NCBI GenBank assembly: GCA_036338435.1
Contig: JAYZCG010000037.1
Location: 6,179-70,178, forward strand
DNA length: 64,000 nucleotides
Source of the DNA: Acidobacteriota bacterium
GTDB lineage: Bacteria; Acidobacteriota; UBA6911; RPQK01; JADFOI01
Reading direction: 5' to 3'
Position numbers and translations under genes: made by a program. Positions within the stretch are counted from its first letter, which is position 1; the number at the start of each line of letters is the position of its first letter. Below are positions 50,141-60,115 of the stretch, piece by piece. Below the pieces are notes generated by a model. The model did no database searches. It had not been told where the DNA came from and saw only the letters and a program-made list of their open reading frames with translations.

Positions 50141-50896
50141 TTATCTAAGCTCCATCATTAGTCTGCTGATAAAAAAATCTGTGATGATCACGAGTACAGA
50201 GGAGATCACCACTGCTCGAGTCGTGGATCGACCCACTCCACGAGTACCCCCAACCGTGTACAAGCCATGGTAGCAGCCAATAATTCCAATGATAAATCCG
50301 AAAGCCAATGGTTTCAGCAGTCCCTCAAGGGCATCATTGTAGGTCAACGAGCGTAGGGCAATACTCCAGTATAGAGAAGTATTGAGATGCAATGTGTAGA
50401 GGGACACAAGCCACCCTCCAATCAACCCAAAAAGATCAGCCACCACTGTGAGCAATGGGACCATCATGGTAGTGGCAATCAGTCGTGGAGCTACAAGTTT
50501 TTTGATAGGATCAGTCCCTAAAGCCCTCATGGCATCAACCTGGTGGGTAACGACCATGGAGCCTAGTTGAGACGCAATGCCTGAACCTACACGACCGGCA
50601 AGCATCAATCCTGTTACGACCGGTCCTAGCTCTCGGATTAAAGACAAAGAAACCAACTGTCCTGTAAGATTAATGGCTCCAAATGACTTCAGTGATTTTG
50701 CAGACTGGAGCGATAGGACTCCCCCGGTGAAATAACCTGTCAGCATGATGATAAGTATAGAACCGATACCGATCACCTCCATCTGTCTCAGGATGTCATC
50801 AAAGTAACGGGGCTTTCGTCCCAGACTGGTCACAGCGCGATATGATAGGAGGGTAACTTCCTGGATTTCCCTCAGTGCTTGGTATAATAATCTCAT
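50141..50896 (-). CDS. mlaE: phospholipid ABC transporter permease MlaE
   Basis: 251-aa MlaE-like polytopic permease. First gene of mlaEFD-pgsA. Confidence 0.85.
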   Translation of the reverse strand: MRLLYQALREIQEVTLLSYRAVTSLGRKPRYFDDILRQMEVIGIGSILIIMLTGYFTGGVLSLQSAKSLKSFGAINLTGQLVSLSLIRELGPVVTGLMLAGRVGSGIASQLGSMVVTHQVDAMRALGTDPIKKLVAPRLIATTMMVPLLTVVADLFGLIGGWLVSLYTLHLNTSLYWSIALRSLTYNDALEGLLKPLAFGFIIGIIGCYHGLYTVGGTRGVGRSTTRAVVISSVLVIITDFFISRLMMELR

Positions 50897-50996
50897 CTAC
50901 CCTAGTATTGTAGACTGATGGGGAAAACGGGCTCAACTATTCAAGTAAGATAGTGCTAAACTAAATCTTTCAACTTTGAGCTAATAGGCGGACAAA

Positions 50997-52166
50997 ATGC
51001 TTCGATTTTTTACATCCGGGGAGTCACATGGCCAGGCACTTGTTTCTATTGTAGAGGGATTTCCGGCCAACGTATCACTAGACGTGGGCTTTATTAACGC
51101 TGAATTGAAGCGCAGAATGGGAGGATACGGGCGAGGGGCCCGGATGAAAATTGAGAGTGATGAGATTGAGATTTTAGCTGGAGTCAGACACGGTTACACA
51201 CTCGGATCTCCTATTGCATTTGTAATTCGCAACCGCGACTGGGTGAACTGGATAGGGACCATGTCGTCAGAGCCAGATCCCGAAGGGGCTAAGAAACGCC
51301 GTGTCACCCGTCCTCGCCCAGGTCATGCAGATTTAGTAGGGACCCAAAAGTACCAGTTTAAGGATATGAGAAATGTCTTGGAACGTTCCAGTGCTAGGGA
51401 GACTACTTCCCGTGTAGGGGTGGGGGCCTTGTGTAAACTTTTATTGAAGGAACTTGGAATAGTCGTTTACAGTCATACCATTAGCATCAAGGCAGTACAT
51501 CTTTCTGACGAGGGGCTGGAGAAGGTATCCAAGGACTCAATCCCACAAATCGAATCTTCCGAGATGCGTTGTGTGGATCCCTCTCTGGATGAAGAAATGA
51601 AAAGAGCGGTTGATCAGGCTATTGAGAAGGGCGAAACGGTGGGAGGAACTTTTGAAATAAGGGTTATAGGAGTGCCCCCAGGTGTTGGAAGTTATGTTCA
51701 CTGGGATCGAAAACTGGATGGGCAACTTGCCCAGGCCATCATGTCGATTAATGCAATAAAGGGAGTTGATGTGGGTAGCGGGTTAGAAGCAGACCCATAT
51801 GGAAGTCAGTTCCACGATGAAATTTTTTATGATGGGAAAGCTCGACAATTTTATCGAAAGACGAACCATGCGGGAGGGATCGAAGGAGGAACCTCGAACG
51901 GTGAAGAAATAATTGTTCGAGGCACTGTTAAGCCAATTCCCACATTGCGTAAGCCTTTGATGTCTGTTGACTTTGAGAGTAAGGAACCCTTTGAAGCACA
52001 GTATGAGCGTTCCGACACCTGTATTGTTCCGGCTGCAGGAGTCGTTGGAGAGGCTATGGTTAGTATCGTTTTGGCACAGGCTATCCAGGAGAAGTTTGGA
52101 GGAGATACCATCCAAGAAATCCAGACAAATCTCACGAGCTATCGTAATACCCTGCGGGAAATGTAG
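50997..52166 (+). CDS. aroC: chorismate synthase
   Basis: MLRFFTSGESHGQAL... GGYGRGARMKIE... RPGHADL signatures. Confidence 0.95.
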   Translation: MLRFFTSGESHGQALVSIVEGFPANVSLDVGFINAELKRRMGGYGRGARMKIESDEIEILAGVRHGYTLGSPIAFVIRNRDWVNWIGTMSSEPDPEGAKKRRVTRPRPGHADLVGTQKYQFKDMRNVLERSSARETTSRVGVGALCKLLLKELGIVVYSHTISIKAVHLSDEGLEKVSKDSIPQIESSEMRCVDPSLDEEMKRAVDQAIEKGETVGGTFEIRVIGVPPGVGSYVHWDRKLDGQLAQAIMSINAIKGVDVGSGLEADPYGSQFHDEIFYDGKARQFYRKTNHAGGIEGGTSNGEEIIVRGTVKPIPTLRKPLMSVDFESKEPFEAQYERSDTCIVPAAGVVGEAMVSIVLAQAIQEKFGGDTIQEIQTNLTSYRNTLREM

Positions 52167-52174
52167 AAGTCTAA

Positions 52175-52684
52175 ATGATTCGTACCATCCTTAAATACGG
52201 AGCCCCCGAACTTGGCACTGAAAGTCGTCCCATTACCCAGGTCAACAATGAAGTCAAGGCCCTGGCGAAGGACATGTTGGAAACGATGTATGCAGCTCCG
52301 GGCGTTGGTCTCGCAGCGCCTCAGGTAGGAGTTAATGTTCGTTTGATTGTTGTTGATATCTCAGGAGGAGAGGAGAAAGGCCATCAGGTCGTTCTCATGA
52401 ACCCAGAAATTATCAAGCAGGAGGGGAGTCAAGAAGGGGAAGAGGGATGTCTAAGTATTCCTGGATTTACTGCGGTGATTGAGCGTCCTAGCAGTGTAGT
52501 CGTTTCGGCTCAGGATCTTGAAGGAAATCCGCGCGAAATAGAAGCTGATGGGCTTTTGGCACGTGTTTTGTGTCATGAAGTAGATCACCTGAATGGCATT
52601 CTTTACCTGGATCTTATATCGAAATTGAAGCGAGATCTGATTAAAAGAAAAATCAAAAAACTTATTCGTGCTGGGGAGTGGTAA
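52175..52684 (+). CDS. def: peptide deformylase
   Basis: GVGLAAPQVG, EGCLSIPG and HEVDHLNG motifs. Confidence 0.95.
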   Translation: MIRTILKYGAPELGTESRPITQVNNEVKALAKDMLETMYAAPGVGLAAPQVGVNVRLIVVDISGGEEKGHQVVLMNPEIIKQEGSQEGEEGCLSIPGFTAVIERPSSVVVSAQDLEGNPREIEADGLLARVLCHEVDHLNGILYLDLISKLKRDLIKRKIKKLIRAGEW

Positions 52685-53643
52685 TGCGTGTGGTGTTCCT
52701 GGGGACACCAGGTTTCGCTGTTCCTTCTCTTCGTGCACTGCACAGCTGCACTGAGCCTGTCTGTGAACTAGTGGGTGTTGTCACTCAGCCTGATCGTCCT
52801 GCGGGACGGGGACAGAAGCTAACTCCCTCACCCGTGAAGATGCTGGCGACAGAATATGGCATACCTGTTTTCCAGCCTGAGTGTCTGCGCAGCGGTGATG
52901 TCGCACAGAAATTTGTAGAACAAGTCAATCCTCACTTAATGATCGTGGTCGCCTTTGGTCAGATCTTAGAGCCTGAGTTGTTTAGTTATCCTCCATTAGG
53001 AACTCTGAACGTTCATGCTTCTCTACTTCCTAAGTATCGGGGTGCTGCCCCGGTCGTTCATGCTCTCTTAAATGGAGAGCATGAAACCGGCGTCACGATC
53101 ATGAAAATTAACGAAGGCATGGATACCGGAGCAATCCTGTCCCAGTCTACGGTAAAAGTGGGAAGTGACACCAACGCTGCAGAACTGGAAAAAGTTTTGG
53201 CGCATCAGGGAGCTGAATTGTTAATACAAACTATTTCGGGCTATGCAACTGGGGAAATCAACCCTGTTTTTCAGAACAGTGAACAAGTAACGTATGCCCC
53301 TCGAATTGGAAAAGGAGATGTTCGGATTGATTGGAGTTGGGATTCCTTGCAAATTCACAACAGGGTTAGAGCCCTGAATCCACGCCCAGTGGCAACTACA
53401 AACTTCCGTGGTAAGACGGTCAAGATTTGGCGAACGTCGATGGTCCAGGAGAAAGTAAAGGACCTTGATGGATGTCACTCTCCGGGGGTTATCTTGAGTC
53501 TTGACCGCCAGAAGCTACTTGTGGCTTGTGGTGGAGGGTGTTGTGTGTTGATTGAGGAACTCCAAATGCCAAATCGGAGACGTATTTCTGCTGGTGAATT
53601 TATTAATGGGATGACGCCTGAGGTAGGGGAGGCCTTTACTTGA
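52684..53643 (+). CDS. fmt: methionyl-tRNA formyltransferase
   Basis: MRVVFLGTP..., SLLPKYRGAAP and HALLNG. ATG at 52684 chosen over the upstream GTG. Confidence 0.93.
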   Translation: MRVVFLGTPGFAVPSLRALHSCTEPVCELVGVVTQPDRPAGRGQKLTPSPVKMLATEYGIPVFQPECLRSGDVAQKFVEQVNPHLMIVVAFGQILEPELFSYPPLGTLNVHASLLPKYRGAAPVVHALLNGEHETGVTIMKINEGMDTGAILSQSTVKVGSDTNAAELEKVLAHQGAELLIQTISGYATGEINPVFQNSEQVTYAPRIGKGDVRIDWSWDSLQIHNRVRALNPRPVATTNFRGKTVKIWRTSMVQEKVKDLDGCHSPGVILSLDRQKLLVACGGGCCVLIEELQMPNRRRISAGEFINGMTPEVGEAFT

Positions 53644-54914
53644 AAAGTACCCCCCGCTCTCTCGCTGTAGGTTTCTTGACTGATCTTTTCAACGATCACA
53701 GGCATCTTGATTCTCTAAGCCAAAACACTGAATTCCTAGATTTTGATTCGCGCGATCGTCGTTTTGTAACCGAATTAGTCTACGGAGTGTTGAGAAATCT
53801 CAAACTACTGGATCATTACCTGGAAAGCTTGTCACACACAACATTAAAAGAATTGGACGCGACCGTACTGTGGATATTAAGGGTGGCTCTGTATCAAATA
53901 GAGTTTCTGCGCACTCCAAATCATGCTGTAGTGAATGAGGCTGTTGAGACATGTCGCCGATTCCGCAAGGCATCTGCCCATAGCTTTGTGAACGCAATTT
54001 TGAGAGGCTTCTTACGTGAGAGAATCCCACTCCCAAAAGGTGAGTCTAGTAGTGATTTAGCAGTGCGTTTCAGTCATCCTGAATGGCTCGTCAAGCGATT
54101 TTTAAACCGATATGGCATCAAGCAAACCATAGCTTTACTCAAGCGGAACAATCAGCCGCCTTCATCAGTACATTGGGTCAACGTCTTCATGACTGATTTG
54201 CCGTCTCTTTGCAAGGAGCTTGAAGAAGACCAGATTACCTACGAGGTACATTCCTATTTACCTAACTGTATAAGTATCCAATCCTCGGGGTTTGTCGAAC
54301 ATCCAGCTTATCAGGAGGGACGATGTTTCCGTATGGATGCAGCCAGTCAGGAGGTGGCCTACCTAGAAAATCTAACTAATCGGAAGGTGCTGGGGGATTT
54401 CTGCTGTGCCCCAGGGGGTAAGTCCTTTCTGATCGCTTCCCAGATGGAGGATGGGGCCAAGTTATTTTGTTGTGAGGTGAATTTTTCACGTCTCCTGGAG
54501 ACGGACAATCGAGCGCAATTTCTCAATGTCCCTAATCTGAATCTGATCAATGCGGATCTCAGCGTTCACCCCCCTTTTAAGGAGATATTTGATTTTGTCC
54601 TTTTGGATGTCCCTTGTAGTGGGATTGGTACGTTACGTTCCAATCCTGACATTCGGTGGAAAATTCTTGAAAAGGACCTGAATCGATTCCATGACTTGCA
54701 GGTGTCTATACTCCAGAATGGGTTTTCCTCTATCCGTCCTGGTGGACAACTTACCTATTCCACCTGTTCGACTGAGCCTGAGGAAAACGAATGTGTTATT
54801 GAGGAATTCCTGGCCCACGAGAAAAGAGCGTTAGCAATCGGAGAGTTTCATCGAACTTTTCCAGAGCCGCACCTGGGAGATTGTTTCTTTGCAGCACGTA
54901 TTAGACACATATGA
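53640..54914 (+). CDS. rsmB: 16S rRNA (cytosine967-C5)-methyltransferase RsmB (Sun)
   Basis: NusB-like N-terminal domain and MTase core (DFCCAPGGKS... LDVPCSGIGT... TYSTCS). TTG start is uncertain. Confidence 0.88.
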   Translation: MKSTPRSLAVGFLTDLFNDHRHLDSLSQNTEFLDFDSRDRRFVTELVYGVLRNLKLLDHYLESLSHTTLKELDATVLWILRVALYQIEFLRTPNHAVVNEAVETCRRFRKASAHSFVNAILRGFLRERIPLPKGESSSDLAVRFSHPEWLVKRFLNRYGIKQTIALLKRNNQPPSSVHWVNVFMTDLPSLCKELEEDQITYEVHSYLPNCISIQSSGFVEHPAYQEGRCFRMDAASQEVAYLENLTNRKVLGDFCCAPGGKSFLIASQMEDGAKLFCCEVNFSRLLETDNRAQFLNVPNLNLINADLSVHPPFKEIFDFVLLDVPCSGIGTLRSNPDIRWKILEKDLNRFHDLQVSILQNGFSSIRPGGQLTYSTCSTEPEENECVIEEFLAHEKRALAIGEFHRTFPEPHLGDCFFAARIRHI

Positions 54915-54989
54915 AACTAATTTGCTAGATTAACTCTGTGCGGTACTGCATTTTAAATGTTAGATCGATGATGTAAGGGGTTAAGTATT

Positions 54990-55733
54990 TTGATACTCAA
55001 GGCAAGTAACAATTTCCAGGAGCGACTGTTGCATGCAGGTAAGTTAATGGTTTTGTTTGGGATTCTTGTTGCTGTAGGGCTTTTTAGTGCCTATGTGGGA
55101 ATGCGCATTGCCGTGCGGGGTACAGAAGTTCAAGTGCCTGCCGTTTTGGGACAGTCAGTGGGAGAGGCAGGTCAGTTGTTAAAAGAGGTACACTTGCAAA
55201 ATGAGGTTATCGGAGAGCGATTTGACCCTGAGTTTCCAAAGGGAACCATTATTTCCCAGCATCCGCAACCGGGGGGGAGAATGAAGGCTCAGGGTAGGGT
55301 CCAACTGATTATTAGTTTGGGTAAGAAAACAAATCCAGTACCTGATCTGACGGGGGCTTCTTTGCGGGTGGCACGTTTGCTTGCAAGACAGGCTGGATTT
55401 GAGTTCGGTAACATTAGTGAGATCTCTGCTGTGGGGGTCGAAGCGGATCATATTGTTGAGCAATTTCCACCTCCTCAGTCAAGAGATTTTCTGAGTCCTA
55501 GGATTGACATCCTGGTCAGCAAAGGAGATTTGTCTCGTTATGTGATGCCTGATGTGGTGGGGCAGAGTATGAACAAAGTATTACCTTTTTTTAAGAGTAA
55601 CAAGTTTGCGTTGGAAAATATCCGATATGTTTCGCTTGCCAATGTTTCTGCTGGGCTAGTCATTAAGCAATTTCCGGAACCTGGCTACCTTTTGATGGGC
55701 AAAGATTCGATTAATCTGGAGGTGTCGCGCTGA
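54990..55733 (+). CDS. membrane-anchored protein with three PASTA domains and no kinase domain
   Basis: 18-aa cytoplasmic N-terminus, TM, then 3 PASTA repeats (VPAVLGQSVGEAGQLL.., VPDLTGASLRVARLL.., VMPDVVGQSMNKVL..). Occupies the position that prkC holds in def-fmt-sun...prkC...rpe clusters of Firmicutes. Confidence 0.7.
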   Translation: MILKASNNFQERLLHAGKLMVLFGILVAVGLFSAYVGMRIAVRGTEVQVPAVLGQSVGEAGQLLKEVHLQNEVIGERFDPEFPKGTIISQHPQPGGRMKAQGRVQLIISLGKKTNPVPDLTGASLRVARLLARQAGFEFGNISEISAVGVEADHIVEQFPPPQSRDFLSPRIDILVSKGDLSRYVMPDVVGQSMNKVLPFFKSNKFALENIRYVSLANVSAGLVIKQFPEPGYLLMGKDSINLEVSR

Positions 55734-56395
55734 TGGGTCTAGTGGCTCCTTCGATTCTTTCTGCAGATTTCCTGAATTTGGGTAGTGACGTACGCGTTAT
55801 GGAGAAGGCAGGAGCCCAGATGCTCCATGTGGATGTTATGGATGGACATTTCGTCCCCAATTTGAGTATTGGAATCCCGGTTATTAAAGAACTCAGGCGG
55901 AGCACAGATCTGCTTTTAGACGTACACTTGATGATTTCCAATCCCGAAGAAATGTTTTCCCAATATATCAGCGCTGGAGCAGATTATCTCAGTGTGCACT
56001 ACGAGGCCACCAATCATCTGGATCGTTTGGTGGAAAGTATACGAGAAAATGGGGCCCAACCTGGTGTAGTGCTAAATCCCCATACTCCAATCTCGGTATT
56101 GGATGAAATTCTTCCGAAATGTCATCATGTATTGATTATGTCAGTAAACCCAGGATTTGGTGGGCAAGAATTTATTACTAGTAGCTTCAACAAAGTGAGA
56201 AAATTAAAGGAATTGATTAGTTCGAAGAATCTAGAGATTAAGATCGAGATCGATGGTGGAATGGGACCTGAGAATACTCAGGAGGCCGTTGAGGCTGGGG
56301 TTGACATAGTCGTGGCAGGGTCAGCAATATTCGGATCTAAAAGTCCTGAGAAAGCTTTTCACAAAATGCAACAGGTTGTTGGTAGTTCTACTTAG
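55733..56395 (+). CDS. rpe: ribulose-phosphate 3-epimerase
   Basis: APSILSADF, HVDVMDGHFVPN and VDGG motifs. ATG overlaps the preceding TGA. Confidence 0.95.
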   Translation: MGLVAPSILSADFLNLGSDVRVMEKAGAQMLHVDVMDGHFVPNLSIGIPVIKELRRSTDLLLDVHLMISNPEEMFSQYISAGADYLSVHYEATNHLDRLVESIRENGAQPGVVLNPHTPISVLDEILPKCHHVLIMSVNPGFGGQEFITSSFNKVRKLKELISSKNLEIKIEIDGGMGPENTQEAVEAGVDIVVAGSAIFGSKSPEKAFHKMQQVVGSST

Positions 56396-56401
56396 GTAAC
56401 A

Positions 56402-57394
56402 ATGCAATTTCTATTTAGAGTGGCAGTGCTGAGTTTGACGGTTGTGTTGCTTACTTCCTGTGGCCAGAAAAGTGCAGGCCTTCAGGAGGGAGCGGTTGCG
56501 CCTGATCAGCAGCTGTTTGAGACCGGAATGCAATACTTAGAAAAGAATCAGTTTATAAAGGCTCGGTTGGCCTTTCAGACTCTTGTCAACACTTACCCTG
56601 ATAGCGAGCATACGCCGGCCTCATTTCTTGCTATAGCTGACTCCTTCTACAAGGAGGCAGGAACTACCAATTTATTGCAGGCCGAGACCCAGTACAAAGA
56701 TTTCATCATCTTCTATCCTACACATCAGATTGCCGATGATGCGCAAATGAAGATAGCTGCTGTTAATGTCCGTCTGATGAGAGAGCCCGACCGTGATTCC
56801 ACCTATGCCATCAAGGCCGAAAAAGAATTAGACAAGTTCCTGGAAATTTATCCTGACAGTGAGTTAGCCCCCACAGCGGAAGAGTTTCTATGGGAAGTCC
56901 AGGAAAATATGGCTGATGGACTTCAAGGTGTTGGAGACTTTTATTTTGAGAAGGATTCCTATCTGGCCTCTGAAAGTAGATATCAAGAAGTACTCGACCG
57001 GTATCCTGAATACAGCAGAGTAGGCACTACGTTGTACCGTCTGGGTCAGTCACTGGAAAACTTGGGCCGTATTGAGGAAGCCGCTGTGTACTATTCAAGA
57101 TTAGTTTCTGAGTATCCATTTAGTGACTACGAAGGGTCGGCAAGAGAACGCTTAGTTCTCCTTGAAAGACCAGTGCCCAAGGTAGACATCAGGCAAGCTG
57201 CAACTAACGAGAGAAAACATGATCGAAGAGTTGACAAAGGATTTTCTGTGCTAGATCCAATTCGCGGTGTTTGGCATATCTTTACCAGTGGACCGGATCC
57301 ATATGAAGTGGCTCGTCAGCGTGCAGAAGAACGGAAGCAACGGGAACAGGTTGCCTCTCAACGGAATCCAACCTCCGACAACAAAAATAATTAA
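56402..57394 (+). CDS. bamD: outer membrane protein assembly factor BamD (TPR lipoprotein)
   Basis: Lipobox LTSC, TPR-like repeats and a BamD-like sequence pattern. Confidence 0.78.
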   Translation: MQFLFRVAVLSLTVVLLTSCGQKSAGLQEGAVAPDQQLFETGMQYLEKNQFIKARLAFQTLVNTYPDSEHTPASFLAIADSFYKEAGTTNLLQAETQYKDFIIFYPTHQIADDAQMKIAAVNVRLMREPDRDSTYAIKAEKELDKFLEIYPDSELAPTAEEFLWEVQENMADGLQGVGDFYFEKDSYLASESRYQEVLDRYPEYSRVGTTLYRLGQSLENLGRIEEAAVYYSRLVSEYPFSDYEGSARERLVLLERPVPKVDIRQAATNERKHDRRVDKGFSVLDPIRGVWHIFTSGPDPYEVARQRAEERKQREQVASQRNPTSDNKNN

Positions 57395-57448
57395 CTCGCG
57401 TTATGCATGAGTTTTTTGTTGCAATCTAGAAACCATCAATCCTGACTA

Positions 57449-60115
57449 ATGGCTGATAATAGATCGATTCCTAAATTATATGACCCAGTTGCTGTGGAAG
57501 AGAAATGGTGTAGTTGGTGGGAGGAGCATGGGTTTGCCCGTGCTGAAATTGATGCCAGCAAGCCCTACTACTCCATAGTATTACCGCCTCCCAACGTCAC
57601 TGGCAGTTTGCACATGGGGCATGCTCTCAATATCACTTTGCAGGATGTACTTATTCGCTGGAAGAGGATGCAGGGCTTTGATGTGCTCTGGTTGCCAGGT
57701 ACCGATCATGCCGGTATTGCTACACAGAACGTTGTGGAACGTCGTTTGGCTGAAGAAGGGAGACAGAGGACTGATCTAGGACGGGAGCAGTTTGAAAAAA
57801 TAGTTTGGGATTGGAAGGATAAAGCTGAAGAGGACATTCTGAATCAGGTTAGGCGACTGGGTTGTTCATGTGACTGGAGTCGTCAGAGATTCACTTTAGA
57901 TGAAGGGCTTTCACGTGCAGTTCGAGAAGTATTTGTCCGACTCTATGAGGACGGTTTGATTTACCGGGGGGAATATCTTGTCAACTGGTGCCCACGCTGT
58001 ACTACTGCCATCTCCGATTTGGAAGTAGAATATAAACCAGTTCCGGGAAAGCTCTGGTACATACGGTATCCACTTGAAATGAGTGGTGATGTGTTGGTGG
58101 TAGCGACCACCCGTCCGGAGACGATGCTAGGCGATACTGCTGTTGCAGTTCACCCCCATGATGAGAGATATAAACGGCTGGTGGGTAGCACCGTTGTCTT
58201 GCCACTGGTAGATCGCAAGATTCCGGTCATCGCTGATGATTTCGTAGATCAAGAGTTCGGCACGGGTACTGTTAAGATCACTCCTGGCCATGACCCCAAT
58301 GATTTTGAGGCAGGTAGACGCCATCAACTTCCCATTGTAAAGGTTATTGGGGAGGACGGTTGCATGACTCAAGAAGCAGGAGTTTATGCGGGGATGGATC
58401 GCTACGAAGCCCGGGACAAGATCATTACAGATTTGCAGGGCCAAGAGTTGATCGAGCAAGTTCAGGAATATGATCACAATGTTGGCCAATGTCAAAGATG
58501 TGAAACCGTTGTCGAACCACTAGTTTCGAAACAGTGGTTCGTAAAGGCAAAGCCCCTTGCCGAGGTCACTGTTGAGGCAGTGAAAGCAAAACGAACTGTT
58601 TTTGTTCCTGAAAACTATGAGCGTATTTACTTCGAGTGGATGAACAACATTCATGATTGGTGCATCAGTCGCCAACTCTGGTGGGGACATAGGATTCCTG
58701 CTTGGTATTGTGGTGATTGCCAAAAGTTGACAGTTGCACGTGAAGTTCCGAGTAACTGTGAGTACTGCCAGAGTAACTCTTTGGAGCAAGAAACCGATGT
58801 TCTGGATACGTGGTTCAGCTCTGCTTTGTGGCCATTTTCTACCATGGGTTGGCCAGATCAGACCACAGATCTGGAGAGATATTATCCCACCACCACTTTG
58901 GTAACAGGGTTTGACATCATCTTTTTTTGGGTTGCACGAATGATGATGATGGGACTGAAATTCATGAATGATGTTCCTTTTCGCACCGTTCACATCAACG
59001 GACTAGTCCGGGATGAAAAGGGAAAGAAAATGTCCAAATCACGAGGGAATGTGATTAATCCACTACAGGTTATGGATGAATATGGGACGGATGCCATGCG
59101 TTTTACCCTGGCGGTCATGGCCACTCCTGGCACAGATATTCCTTTTTCTATTTCTCGGATGGCAGGATATAGAGCATTTTGTAACAAAATTTGGAATGCT
59201 GGCCGGTTTTTGTTGTTAAACCTTGAAAGCCAGGAGCCTACCTCAAAAGATGAGATGGACACTCTTAAGAAAAGCAAGCAACTAAATTTGGGTGAACGTT
59301 GGATTCTGAGCCGCTTGCAAAGAGTCATTTCAGATACAAATGACAATCTTGAAAAGTTCCGATTTCATGAAGTTAGCAATGCACTTTATCATTTCTTTTG
59401 GCACGATTTTTGTGACTGGTTTGTGGAATACGCCAAGCTGAATATGACTAGTGTGGATCTGGAGAAGAAGAATAGAACCTGTCGAGTTGCCCTATATGTT
59501 CTAGAAGAAAGCTTGAAGTTGCTACATCCGTTTATACCCTTTATCACTGAAGAACTGTGGCATGCGCTGCCTCATTCCGGCGACTCTTTAATGCAAACTC
59601 GGTATCCAGTTGCTTGTTCTCAATGGGTAGATGTGGAAGCTGAAGAGCAGATGGTAGGCTTTCAGGAATTAGTCACAAAGATCCGCACTGCTCGCTCTGA
59701 GAACAACATCGATCCTCGGAAGAGAATCCCCATAGAGTTGGCATGCCAACAGGAGTCTAAGAGTTTTCTCGAATGGCAAATCGATCCGATCAAGAGTCTG
59801 GCCCACTTGGACCAGGTTGAGTTGGTTTCCCATCTGACAATTCAGGAAGGACAAATCCGCGGGGTTTCCCAACTGGCCGATTTTGCACTGACTCTGGGCG
59901 ACATTATCGATGTGAAATCTGAGCGTCACAGGCTTACCCAGCAAATCAGCCGTAATGAAGACAATGTGCAGCGTCTTCAGAAGCAGTTGCAGAATTCGGA
60001 GTTTGTTAACAAAGCCCCGGAGAACGTAGTTGCGACTGTTCGAGAACGACATGCTGAGACAGTTGAACAACTTGAGAAACTGCGGGAGAAACTCGATGAA
60101 CTTCCTCAGTCTTGA
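57449..60115 (+). CDS. valS: valine--tRNA ligase
   Basis: PPPNVTGSLHMGHAL (HIGH), KMSKSRGN (KMSKS) and a C-terminal coiled coil. 888 aa. Confidence 0.96.
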   Translation: MADNRSIPKLYDPVAVEEKWCSWWEEHGFARAEIDASKPYYSIVLPPPNVTGSLHMGHALNITLQDVLIRWKRMQGFDVLWLPGTDHAGIATQNVVERRLAEEGRQRTDLGREQFEKIVWDWKDKAEEDILNQVRRLGCSCDWSRQRFTLDEGLSRAVREVFVRLYEDGLIYRGEYLVNWCPRCTTAISDLEVEYKPVPGKLWYIRYPLEMSGDVLVVATTRPETMLGDTAVAVHPHDERYKRLVGSTVVLPLVDRKIPVIADDFVDQEFGTGTVKITPGHDPNDFEAGRRHQLPIVKVIGEDGCMTQEAGVYAGMDRYEARDKIITDLQGQELIEQVQEYDHNVGQCQRCETVVEPLVSKQWFVKAKPLAEVTVEAVKAKRTVFVPENYERIYFEWMNNIHDWCISRQLWWGHRIPAWYCGDCQKLTVAREVPSNCEYCQSNSLEQETDVLDTWFSSALWPFSTMGWPDQTTDLERYYPTTTLVTGFDIIFFWVARMMMMGLKFMNDVPFRTVHINGLVRDEKGKKMSKSRGNVINPLQVMDEYGTDAMRFTLAVMATPGTDIPFSISRMAGYRAFCNKIWNAGRFLLLNLESQEPTSKDEMDTLKKSKQLNLGERWILSRLQRVISDTNDNLEKFRFHEVSNALYHFFWHDFCDWFVEYAKLNMTSVDLEKKNRTCRVALYVLEESLKLLHPFIPFITEELWHALPHSGDSLMQTRYPVACSQWVDVEAEEQMVGFQELVTKIRTARSENNIDPRKRIPIELACQQESKSFLEWQIDPIKSLAHLDQVELVSHLTIQEGQIRGVSQLADFALTLGDIIDVKSERHRLTQQISRNEDNVQRLQKQLQNSEFVNKAPENVVATVRERHAETVEQLEKLREKLDELPQS

